A stretch of 46,880 bases of DNA from a bacterium (GTDB taxonomy: Bacteria; Sysuimicrobiota; Sysuimicrobiia; Sysuimicrobiales; Segetimicrobiaceae). Shown in pieces: positions 34,216 through 42,435 of the stretch. A program made the position numbers and the translations under genes. How positions within the stretch are numbered: the stretch's first letter is position 1; the number at the start of each line of letters is the position of its first letter. The stretch spans positions 1-46,880 of the forward strand of contig DASUDA010000067.1 in assembly GCA_036275835.1 (NCBI GenBank), written 5' to 3'. The notes under the pieces are model-generated. The model saw nothing but the letters and a program-made list of their open reading frames with translations, was not told the origin of the DNA and did not search any database.

Positions 34216-34869
34216 GTGCGAGAAGTCAACCTCCTGGATTCGTATCCGCGGATCAAGCGGCCAATCCAGGAGCGCGAGCAGGCAAAGCACCTCCAGCGTG
34301 AGGTGGCGAAGCGCTTTGGGCGGGAATACTTCGACGGCGACCGGACCCAGGGGTATGGGGGATATCGGTACGACGGACGATGGATCCCGGTGGTCAGGCG
34401 AATGCAGGAGTTCTATCGCCTGACGGCGGGGCAGCGGATCCTGGACGTCGGGTGCGCCAAGGGGTTCTTGCTCCACGACTTCCTGCGCCTGATCCCCGGA
34501 ATCTGGGCCGCCGGTCTCGACATCTCGTCCTATGCGCTCGAGCGCGCGATGGAAGACGTCAGGCGATTTCTGGTCGTCGGGTCCGCCGACAGGCTCCCCT
34601 ACGCCGACAAATCGTTCGACCTCGTCGTGTCGATCAATACGGTCCATAATCTCGAGCCGGACAGGTGCAGGCGGGCCATCGAGGAGATGGAGCGGGTCAG
34701 CCGGAAACACAAATACCTGCAGGTGGACTCGTTCCTCACGGGAGAACAGCGGGAGAACTTCGAGCGGTGGCAGCTCACGGCGCTGACCTACTTTGATCCC
34801 GAGGGCTGGCGGGGCCTCTTTGCCGAGGCAGGGTACACGGGGGACTACTGCTGGACGATCACTGAATGA
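34216..34869 (+). CDS. Class I SAM-dependent methyltransferase
   Basis: ILDVGCAKGFLL (motif I) and FDLVVSINTVHNL. Confidence 0.85.
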   Translation: MREVNLLDSYPRIKRPIQEREQAKHLQREVAKRFGREYFDGDRTQGYGGYRYDGRWIPVVRRMQEFYRLTAGQRILDVGCAKGFLLHDFLRLIPGIWAAGLDISSYALERAMEDVRRFLVVGSADRLPYADKSFDLVVSINTVHNLEPDRCRRAIEEMERVSRKHKYLQVDSFLTGEQRENFERWQLTALTYFDPEGWRGLFAEAGYTGDYCWTITE

Positions 34870-35396
34870 AGGGGTTAATCCTTTCGGCGGTCTCCATCGG
34901 ATTCTTCGTCACGGCGTGCGGTGCGATTCTGCGCCTCTACCGGGGCGACAAGGAGTATAGAGTCTTCCTGGGTTCCTTCGGGAGCGCGCTGATCCTGTAC
35001 GCGGTCCTCTTTGGAGCGCTCCCCCGAGACTTGGGATTCCTCCCGGCGGCTGTCATGGAGCCGGCCGCTGTCGTGGACTTCGCGAACGGCGCGCTCGCGC
35101 TGGCGATGATCTTTCACGGACTCTGGGCTTTCTCCTACATGGTCTGGACAGGGCCCACGATGCGGCTCTTGATGGAGATGAGTCGACATCGGGGCCGGGG
35201 GATGAGCGAGGACGAGGCGCTGCTCCACTTCCGGAGCGGAGACCGCGAGAATACGTTGCTGCGCAGACGGCTACCGAAGCTCATGAGCGGCGGATATCTC
35301 ACCGAAGAGGACGGAGTGTACAGGCTGCTGGCACGGGGAAGGGCGGTCGGCCGCCTGTTGATTCGCGTGAGGCAGGCCATCGGCGACCGGGAGTGA
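34866..35396 (+). CDS. Membrane protein (about 3 TM helices) with soluble C-terminal domain, hypothetical
   Basis: ATGA overlap with the methyltransferase gene. Hydrophobic N-terminal 110 aa, then a charged about 65-aa tail (TMRLLMEMS...GGYLTEEDGVYRLLARG) reminiscent of a winged helix. Confidence 0.6.
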   Translation: MKGLILSAVSIGFFVTACGAILRLYRGDKEYRVFLGSFGSALILYAVLFGALPRDLGFLPAAVMEPAAVVDFANGALALAMIFHGLWAFSYMVWTGPTMRLLMEMSRHRGRGMSEDEALLHFRSGDRENTLLRRRLPKLMSGGYLTEEDGVYRLLARGRAVGRLLIRVRQAIGDRE

Positions 35397-35416
35397 GAGA
35401 AGAGGGGAACTAGAGA

Positions 35417-35938
35417 ATGCTCAAGGGGTGGATCCTCAGTAGCTCTCTCGTGCTGGTGTGGGCCGTCGTCCAGCTTCTGCTGCTGCAGGCACGACGCCCC
35501 CGGAGCGCCTTGAGTATGATGCTCGCGTCGTTCTCGCCGGCCGTCCCCGCATATGTCGTCGCATATGTGGTGACCCCGCCGAGTTTAGGGATTCTCCCGC
35601 CGGGACTCTCTGCGACCCCGCCTCTCTTGGGGATCCTGGATGGAGCTCTGATCCTCGTGCTCCTCTTCGCGACGTGCGTGCTCTTCTACTCCCACTTTCA
35701 CAACTCGATCACGTTGCGCCTCCTGGCGGCGTTCGAACGAGCTCCCAGGAACTCCATGACGCTCCCGCAGATCGAGGCCGTCTCCGGGCTCCGGGTCTTA
35801 GTGACCGAGAGGTTGGACGTCTTACAGGGAACCCGCCTGGTCTTTGCGGACAGAGGCCGGTACTACCCGACGGCATCCGGACGTCTGGCCGCGGGCGCGG
35901 GGCGGCTTGTGCGGTCTGTCATGAAGCTCCGGCCGTAA
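35417..35938 (+). CDS. Membrane protein paralogous in architecture to 34866-35396, hypothetical
   Basis: Same layout: three hydrophobic segments, then ITLRLLAAFERAP...MTLPQI...GRYYPTASG tail. GAGGGGA RBS. Confidence 0.6.
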   Translation: MLKGWILSSSLVLVWAVVQLLLLQARRPRSALSMMLASFSPAVPAYVVAYVVTPPSLGILPPGLSATPPLLGILDGALILVLLFATCVLFYSHFHNSITLRLLAAFERAPRNSMTLPQIEAVSGLRVLVTERLDVLQGTRLVFADRGRYYPTASGRLAAGAGRLVRSVMKLRP

Positions 35939-35970
35939 CGCGCGGAGCGGAGGCGAGGAGGTTGTTGCCC

Positions 35971-36312
35971 ATGGTGGTGCTCTTAGTCCTGGCGTCGATC
36001 AGTCTGGGGGTGACGGGACAGGTTCTCCTCAAGTTGGGAGCCCACACGCCCGTGCTAACTCCCGGGGACCTCATCGGAAATCTGCTGAGGCCGACGACGC
36101 TCGTGGCCCTCTCTCTGTACGTTGCCGCGACGCTCCTGTGGATCACGGTTCTCTCCCGAGCCCCCTTGAGCTACGCGTACCCTCTGCTCGGCCTGAACTA
36201 CGTCCTCGTCGTGCTCATGTCGGCGTGGATCTTGCACGAGCCCGTGTCCGTGCACCGGTGGATCGGGGTCTCCGTGATTGTCGTCGGGTTCCTGGTGACC
36301 GCGACGAGTTAA
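35971..36312 (+). CDS. Small EamA/SMR-like four-helix membrane protein, ArnE/ArnF-type flippase candidate
   Basis: 113 aa from the ATG after GGAGG. VTGQVLLKLGA and PLSYAYPLLGLNYVLVVL resemble ArnE/ArnF/EamA half-transporters. The longer track ORF upstream overlaps the previous gene. Confidence 0.65.
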   Translation: MVVLLVLASISLGVTGQVLLKLGAHTPVLTPGDLIGNLLRPTTLVALSLYVAATLLWITVLSRAPLSYAYPLLGLNYVLVVLMSAWILHEPVSVHRWIGVSVIVVGFLVTATS

Positions 36313-37269
36313 GTCAGCCGTCGCAAGGGATGCTGAGGCGCGGAGGGCCCGCTCGGGGCGCGTCAGGGCCGCGAACACCCCGTCATAGTAGGCCTCCCAA
36401 ATCAGCTCGGTGTAGCACTCGTTCTGAATCGGCAACCACCCCCGCGCCTCCGCGCGAGGCAGGAGCCAGCGGAGGGCCGGCATGAAGAACGGCGTGCGGT
36501 ACACCAGCCACTTGAGCGGCAGCAGCGCCGGATGGATTTCCAAAAACAGCCCCAGCCGGTGGGATCGCCCGTACTTCCGCCAAAAATAGACGGCGCCCGC
36601 GCCTGCCTGCCGCAATTTCGCGCAGACTCCCGGGAGGGTTTCCACGTGGTAGTGCTGGCCTGTCGCGCGGGGCTCGAAGTGAAAGACCACGCCCCGCGCG
36701 CTCATCCGAAGCGCCAGATCGAGGTCTTCCCATCCGTACCCGGTGAACCCCTCGTCGGACCCTCCGACGTCCTCGAGCTCCTCGCGTAACATCGAGAAGT
36801 TGCGCCCGGTCACGTGATACGGGGACAGGTTCTGCCGCCGGCGCGGGGTCAGATCGCGGTTGAGCGTCCTCGCTCTCATGAAGGGATTCACGAGTGTCGC
36901 CGGATGGGTCTGCCAGACCCCCTGCACGGCGATTCGGCGAGCTCCGGGGGGGTAGTGCTCATGGTGGGCGGCCAGCAGCGTCGGAGTCGCCCAGAAATCC
37001 GAGTCCAGAAACAGCACGACGCGGCCCCGGGCCGTCCGGAGTCCCAGGTTCCGCGCCGCGGACAGCCCGCGGTGGGCCTGCGCGGCGTGCCGGATCGGAA
37101 TGGGGCTGTCGAGCGCCCGGACCATCTCCGCGGTGCCGTCTGTGGAGCCGTCATCGGCGACGATGATCTCGTACTGGTCGCGGGGGAACTCCTGTACCAG
37201 CAGCGCTTCGATCGTGTGGAGAAGGACGTCCCGGTTATTGTACGTGGAGATGACCGCGCTAATCTCCAT
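36055..37269 (-). CDS. GT2 glycosyltransferase (paralogue 1 of 3) with 85-aa charged C-terminal read-through tail
   Basis: MEISAVISTYNN...IIVADDGSTDGT...FLDSD...GYGWEDLDL motifs. Similarity to paralogue 2 ends near residue 320. The rest is antisense to the ArnE-like gene. Confidence 0.8.
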   Translation of the reverse strand: MEISAVISTYNNRDVLLHTIEALLVQEFPRDQYEIIVADDGSTDGTAEMVRALDSPIPIRHAAQAHRGLSAARNLGLRTARGRVVLFLDSDFWATPTLLAAHHEHYPPGARRIAVQGVWQTHPATLVNPFMRARTLNRDLTPRRRQNLSPYHVTGRNFSMLREELEDVGGSDEGFTGYGWEDLDLALRMSARGVVFHFEPRATGQHYHVETLPGVCAKLRQAGAGAVYFWRKYGRSHRLGLFLEIHPALLPLKWLVYRTPFFMPALRWLLPRAEARGWLPIQNECYTELIWEAYYDGVFAALTRPERALRASASLATADLTRRGHQEPDDNHGDPDPPVHGHGLVQDPRRHEHDEDVVQAEQRVRVAQGGSGENRDPQERRGNVQREGHERRRPQQISDEVPGS

Positions 37270-38236
37270 GACCGCTCTTTCCGTGCAGCCCGACCACCAT
37301 GCCCGGCGCGGAAACCGCCTGCCGGGGAGAGCGGAGGGCGTGGAACACCCCGTCGTAGTACGCCTCCCACTGGAGGTGGTTGTAGCATTCGCCGAGGGGG
37401 AGCAGCCGCCGCCGTGCTTCCAGGCGAGGGAGGAGCCGGCGGACCAGCGGTGTGACGAGAGGCGTCCGATAGACGAGCCACTTCAGCGGCAGCAGCGCGG
37501 GAAGGATCTCCAGAAACAGGGCCAGCCGGAGGGAGCGATGCTTCCTCGCAAAGTACACGGCGCCTTCGCCCATCTGGCGCATCTTCCTCCGGAGGCCGTC
37601 CAGCGTCTCCACGTGAAAGTGGTAGCTCAGCGCGTCGGGCTCGTAGTCAAACACGACGCCGCGACCCTGGAGCCGCACCGCCAGTTCGATGTCCTCCCAC
37701 CCATACCCGGTGAATTTCTCATCGAACCCGCCGACGGTCTCAAACTCTGCCCGCAGGATGGAAAAGTTGCGCGCGTTGATGTGGACGGGAGACAGATTGC
37801 GGCGTCGCCGGACGGTGAGGTCGGGGGTAATGTCTCGAGTCTTCATAAATGTCGTCGTCCGCGCGTCGGGGTGCGTGACGCTCCGGCCCTGGACCCCACG
37901 CCGCCCCGCTCCCGCGGGATAGTGCCGGTGGTGGGCGGCCAGCACCCCGGACGTCGCCCAGATGTCCGAATCGATGAACAGCAGGATGCGTCCCTGGGCC
38001 GCGCGGGCGCCCAAGTTGCGGGCCGCCGCCCGCCCGAGGTTCGATTGTGTCAGAGATCGGATCTGCACGGGACCCCGCATCGCTTCGACCATCTCGGCTG
38101 TGCCGTCCGTGCTGCCGTCGTCGACGACGATGATTTCGTAGTCCGCCGCCCGAAACGTCTGTGTCCGGAGCGCGTCGAGCGTTTTCTCGAGCACACGCCG
38201 GTTGTTGAACGTCGGAACGATGACGCTAATCTCCAT
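37259..38236 (-). CDS. GT2 glycosyltransferase (paralogue 2 of 3)
   Basis: MEISVIVPTFNN...IIVVDDGSTDGT...FIDSD...GYGWEDIEL. 11-nt overlap with paralogue 1. Confidence 0.85.
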   Translation of the reverse strand: MEISVIVPTFNNRRVLEKTLDALRTQTFRAADYEIIVVDDGSTDGTAEMVEAMRGPVQIRSLTQSNLGRAAARNLGARAAQGRILLFIDSDIWATSGVLAAHHRHYPAGAGRRGVQGRSVTHPDARTTTFMKTRDITPDLTVRRRRNLSPVHINARNFSILRAEFETVGGFDEKFTGYGWEDIELAVRLQGRGVVFDYEPDALSYHFHVETLDGLRRKMRQMGEGAVYFARKHRSLRLALFLEILPALLPLKWLVYRTPLVTPLVRRLLPRLEARRRLLPLGECYNHLQWEAYYDGVFHALRSPRQAVSAPGMVVGLHGKSGHGD

Positions 38237-39158
38237 GCGCCCTTTGGGGGACCGCGGCCCCTGAATGCAGCCGCGACAGGTAGCGTTCGTTGAGAACGCC
38301 GGTGAGGAGGAGGCGGCCGAGGCCGGGGACGCCCCACCGGCGCGCGCGTGCGAACCACGCCTCGACGTTGCCGGCGTGGACGAGGCCGAACCCCCGCTGC
38401 GCGGTGTTCAGCCAGAGGTGGAACGGCGTCATCTGCACCGCGAGCCGGGCCTCGAGCGTCGGGTGCTTCGCGTAGAACAGCCGGGCGGTCCGAGCCCGCT
38501 CTTCTTCTTTGGTGAGCATCGTCTCGAGGCTCCCGGGCGACACCTCGGGCTGGTAGTGGTAGAGGGCGGCGTCGCGCCGGTACACGCGGCGCAGTCCGAG
38601 CGTGCGCAGCCGGAGCCCCAGGTCGAGACCCTCCCATCCATACGGAAAGAACTGCTCGTCGAAAAGCCCGACGCGCATGAGGACGTCCCGTCGCACCGAG
38701 CCGTTGTCGGTGTCGAAGTACGCCGTGGAGATGTCCAGGAGACCGCCGCGGGCTCCGAACGGACGGTCGAGCGATCGGGTCACGATCACCGGGCCGCGGC
38801 AGACGATGCCGTCCGCGTGGGAAGTGTGGGCGTCCAGGTGCGCCGCGAGAAAGACGGGCGGCGCCAGCGAGTCATCGTCCACGAACACAATGACCTCGCC
38901 CCGCGCCGCGGGGATGGCCCGGTTGCGCGAGCCGGCCACGCCGGAGCGCCGCGAGAGCGTGATCGCGCGGATCGCGCACCCCGTCTTCCGTTGCGCCGCC
39001 GCGATGACCGCGCGCGTCTCATCCGTGGACGCGTCGTCGGCCACGAGGATCTCGTAGCGGGTGGGGTCCAGCGTCTGCGCCGTCAGCGCCTCGAGGCACC
39101 GACGGAGCACCGGGGCCCGGTTCCGGGTCGACGTAATGACGCTGAGGTCGACCGTCAC
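38226..39158 (-). CDS. GT2 glycosyltransferase (paralogue 3 of 3)
   Basis: LSVITSTRNR...ILVADDASTDET...FVDDD...PYGWEGLDL. 11-nt overlap with paralogue 2. Confidence 0.85.
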   Translation of the reverse strand: MTVDLSVITSTRNRAPVLRRCLEALTAQTLDPTRYEILVADDASTDETRAVIAAAQRKTGCAIRAITLSRRSGVAGSRNRAIPAARGEVIVFVDDDSLAPPVFLAAHLDAHTSHADGIVCRGPVIVTRSLDRPFGARGGLLDISTAYFDTDNGSVRRDVLMRVGLFDEQFFPYGWEGLDLGLRLRTLGLRRVYRRDAALYHYQPEVSPGSLETMLTKEEERARTARLFYAKHPTLEARLAVQMTPFHLWLNTAQRGFGLVHAGNVEAWFARARRWGVPGLGRLLLTGVLNERYLSRLHSGAAVPQRAHGD

Positions 39159-40927
39159 GGCGCCGGGGCCGGACTGGCCGCCCGGCCGATCTCCTCGATC
39201 AGCTGGCCCCGCACGAGTCGGCTGTACACCCCGTCGCGCGCGGCCAGGTCGTCGTGGCAGCCCATCTCCACGATGCTGCCCTCCAGCATGACGACGATGC
39301 GGTGGGCGCTGCGCACCGTCGAGAGGCGGTGGGCGACGATGAACGTTGTCCGCCGTGCGGTCAGCCGGGCCATCGCCTCCTGGATCGCTTCCTCCGATTC
39401 GCTGTCCAGGGCCGATGTGGCTTCGTCCAGGATGTAGATCGCGGGGTCGTTGAGCACCGCCCGTGCCAACGCGAGCCGCTGCCGCTGGCCGCCCGACAGC
39501 TGCATGCCGCCTTCGCCGAGGACGGTGTCGTATCCCTGGGGCAGCCCGGCGATGAACGCATGCGCCGCCGCGACCCGTGCCGCCTCCTGGATCTCGTGCC
39601 GCGAGGCTTCGGGCCGGCCGTAGGCGATGTTCTCGGCCACGGTCCCGGCGAAGAGGATCGTCTCCTGCGGAACCAGGCCGATCTGCCGCCGCAGGGACGC
39701 GATCTTGACGCGGCGCAGGTCCCGGCCGTCGATCTCGACGTTCCCCTCCGTCGGATCGTAGAATCGGGGTATCAGGTTGATGAGGCTGCTCTTGCCCGCC
39801 CCGCTCGGCCCCACGATGGCGATGTGCTCGCCCGGCTCGACGTCCAGGGAGATCGTCCGCAGCGCCCGCCGGTCGGGCTCGTAGGCCAGCGACACGTTGC
39901 GGAACCGCACGCGGCCGCGGATGGGCGGCAGCGGCGTGGCGCGCGGGGCCTCCACCACGGTTTCGGGGACGTCCAGCAATTCATTGATGCGGACGAGGCC
40001 GGCCGCAGCCTGCCGAGCCTCCGAGTAGTAGCGGGTGATGCCCATGGCCGGCTCCATGGCCAGGGCCAGATAGCCCAGGAAGGCCAGGAGCGCTCCGGGG
40101 GTCATCTCCTTCCCCGTGACGTAGCGAACGCCTCCCCACAGGACGAACACGAGCGCCAGCGCGGTCAGGAGGCTGACGACCGAGACCTCCAGCGCGATCA
40201 GCCGGCGGATCCGGTAGTTCGCCTGGAACGTGCGCTCGGTCTCCCGCCCGAACCGCTGCACCTCGCGCGGCTCCTGGACGAACGCCCGGATGATCCGCGC
40301 GCCGATGACGGACTCCTTGATCAGGGTGGTGAGCGACGCCACCTGCTGCTGCGCCCGCGCCGAGACCCGCTGGACCTCCCACCCGAAGGCACGGGCGATG
40401 CCGAAGAAGACCGGCAGGGTGACGAAGGTCAGCAGCGCGAGCCGCCACTGGATGAGAAACGCCATGACGATGATTCCGACGAGCGTCAGCGCCGTGGTGA
40501 TCACGTCGACGATCCCGTTGAGGAGCCGGGCTTCGACAAGCTGCGTGTCCTGAATGGTCCGCGAGATGACCTCTCCGCTGTGCCAGTGCAGGAACCGGTC
40601 GAGGGACCAGCGCTGGACGTGGCCGAAGATCTGGCTGCGCAGGTCGGCGACGAGGCGGTGGCCGACAAACGCCAGCAGCGAGAGCTGGACATACAGCAAG
40701 GCGCTGCGGACGGCGTAGATCCCGAGGACGACGAGGGCGGCGTGATTCAGCACCGAGAAGCTGCCGGTCTGGATCACTCGGTCGGCCTGGTCGCCCAGAT
40801 ACTTCGGAACATAGAGCCAGGCCACGGTCACCAGGATCGCGGCGCAGACGCCTGCGGTCAGCTGCAGAGTGTACGGCCGGAGGAAGGAGGTCAGGCGCCG
40901 CAGTTCAGCCACACCGCCATTATACAC
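39155..40927 (-). CDS. ABC exporter, fused permease/ATPase (MsbA-like lipid/glycolipid flippase family)
   Basis: Six-helix TMD followed by Walker A GPSGAGKSS, signature LSGGQRQRLA and Walker B IYILDEATSALD. 4-nt overlap with the first GT2 gene. Confidence 0.9.
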   Translation of the reverse strand: MYNGGVAELRRLTSFLRPYTLQLTAGVCAAILVTVAWLYVPKYLGDQADRVIQTGSFSVLNHAALVVLGIYAVRSALLYVQLSLLAFVGHRLVADLRSQIFGHVQRWSLDRFLHWHSGEVISRTIQDTQLVEARLLNGIVDVITTALTLVGIIVMAFLIQWRLALLTFVTLPVFFGIARAFGWEVQRVSARAQQQVASLTTLIKESVIGARIIRAFVQEPREVQRFGRETERTFQANYRIRRLIALEVSVVSLLTALALVFVLWGGVRYVTGKEMTPGALLAFLGYLALAMEPAMGITRYYSEARQAAAGLVRINELLDVPETVVEAPRATPLPPIRGRVRFRNVSLAYEPDRRALRTISLDVEPGEHIAIVGPSGAGKSSLINLIPRFYDPTEGNVEIDGRDLRRVKIASLRRQIGLVPQETILFAGTVAENIAYGRPEASRHEIQEAARVAAAHAFIAGLPQGYDTVLGEGGMQLSGGQRQRLALARAVLNDPAIYILDEATSALDSESEEAIQEAMARLTARRTTFIVAHRLSTVRSAHRIVVMLEGSIVEMGCHDDLAARDGVYSRLVRGQLIEEIGRAASPAPAP

Positions 40928-41030
40928 TCCTCCCGGAAGGGGGAGACGGGGTGGGGGAAAAACTCTCTACCCGAGCCCGACGGATGCCACGACGCCCTGC
41001 GCAGTCATGCGGTCCTTCGGAGGTCATGCG

Positions 41031-42404
41031 ATGCGGCCACGGCCGGAGATTTTCCGCGAATATGACATCCGCGGCGTCGTCGGCCGCGACCTGGACGCGG
41101 AGGCCGCCGAAGTCATCGGCCGCGCGTTCGGCACATACCTGAGCGCCGCCGGCGCGCGCGCCGCGGTGATCGCTCACGATAACCGGACCAGTTCTCGCGA
41201 CCTCTATGCGGCGGCGATCCGGGGTCTGCGGGCCGCCGGCTGCGACGTCGCGACCGCCGGGCTCGCGATCACCCCAATGCTGTACTTCGCGCTCCACCAC
41301 CTTCGGGTGGAGGGCGGGATGATGGTCACCGCCAGTCACAACCCGCCGGAGTTCAACGGGTTCAAGCTCGCCCACGGCCCGGGGACCCTCTACGGCCCCC
41401 AGATTCAGCGCGTCCGGGAGATCGCGGAGTCCGGGGAGATGAGCCGGGGGGCCGGGACGGTGGGGGAGGCCACGATCCTGCCCGCCTACGCCGCGACCCT
41501 CGAGGAGCGCATCCGGCTCGGCCCGCGCCGCCTGCGCGTCGCGCTGGACTGCGGAAACGGCACGGCCGGCGCATTCGCGCCCGAGATTCTGCGGCGGTGG
41601 GGATGCGAGGTCCTCCCCCTCTACTGCGATCCCGATCCCGCGTTTCCCCACCACCATCCGGATCCGGTGGACCCTCGGAATCTCACCGATCTCATCCGGC
41701 TGGTGCGCGACGCCCGCGCCGACGTCGGCATCGGACTGGACGGCGACGGCGACCGGATCGGGGTCGTGGACGACAGCGGAGAGATCCTCTGGGGGGACCT
41801 CCTGATGGCGCTCTTCTGGCGGGAGGTGCTCGCCGCCCACCCCGGCGCCACCGCGCTCGTGGAGGTCAAGTGCTCCCAGGCCCTCATCGATGAGATCCGC
41901 CGGCTCGGCGGCCGGCCGGAGTTCACGCGGACCGGCCACTCGCTCATCAAGGCCCGGATGCGGGAGATCGGCGCGGTGTTCAGCGGGGAGATGTCCGGGC
42001 ACATGTTCTTCGCGGACGAATACTACGGCTACGACGATGCCGTGTACGCCGCGGGCCGCCTGCTGCGCATGCTCTCGCGCGCGGACCGTCCGCTGTCGGC
42101 GCTGGCCGCGGAGATCCCCCGCTACGTCACGACACCGGAGATAAGGGTGGCGTGCCCCGACGACCGCAAGTTTGCCGTCGTCGACGCCCTCACCCGGGAG
42201 TTCCGGTCACGCTATGAGGTGATCGACGTCGACGGCGCCCGGGTGCTGTTTCCCGATGGATGGGGCCTGGTCCGGGCCAGCAACACCCAGCCGGTGCTGG
42301 TCGTCCGCGCCGAAGGGAAGACGGCCGAGGCTCTCCGACGCATCAAGGTGGTGCTCGAGGAGGCGCTCCGCCGGCATCCCGAGGTGGCCCCCCTCCAATG
42401 GTAG
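41031..42404 (+). CDS. Phosphomannomutase/phosphoglucomutase
   Basis: FREYDIRGVVG, active-site TASHNP, GLDGDGDR metal site, GEMSGH sugar-binding loop. ATG 41031 follows GGAGG at 7 nt. Confidence 0.9.
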   Translation: MRPRPEIFREYDIRGVVGRDLDAEAAEVIGRAFGTYLSAAGARAAVIAHDNRTSSRDLYAAAIRGLRAAGCDVATAGLAITPMLYFALHHLRVEGGMMVTASHNPPEFNGFKLAHGPGTLYGPQIQRVREIAESGEMSRGAGTVGEATILPAYAATLEERIRLGPRRLRVALDCGNGTAGAFAPEILRRWGCEVLPLYCDPDPAFPHHHPDPVDPRNLTDLIRLVRDARADVGIGLDGDGDRIGVVDDSGEILWGDLLMALFWREVLAAHPGATALVEVKCSQALIDEIRRLGGRPEFTRTGHSLIKARMREIGAVFSGEMSGHMFFADEYYGYDDAVYAAGRLLRMLSRADRPLSALAAEIPRYVTTPEIRVACPDDRKFAVVDALTREFRSRYEVIDVDGARVLFPDGWGLVRASNTQPVLVVRAEGKTAEALRRIKVVLEEALRRHPEVAPLQW

Positions 42405-42435
42405 GAGCACACGCGCCATGTGACGCCGCTCGGCG

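Noticed and set aside
39254-41065. 603-aa plus-strand ORF opposite the ABC exporter, and the 402-aa ORF 45599-46807(-) opposite yitJ
   Set aside because: Shadow ORFs. The opposite strands carry Walker A/B plus the ABC signature, and Hcy-methyltransferase/MTHFR motifs, respectively.
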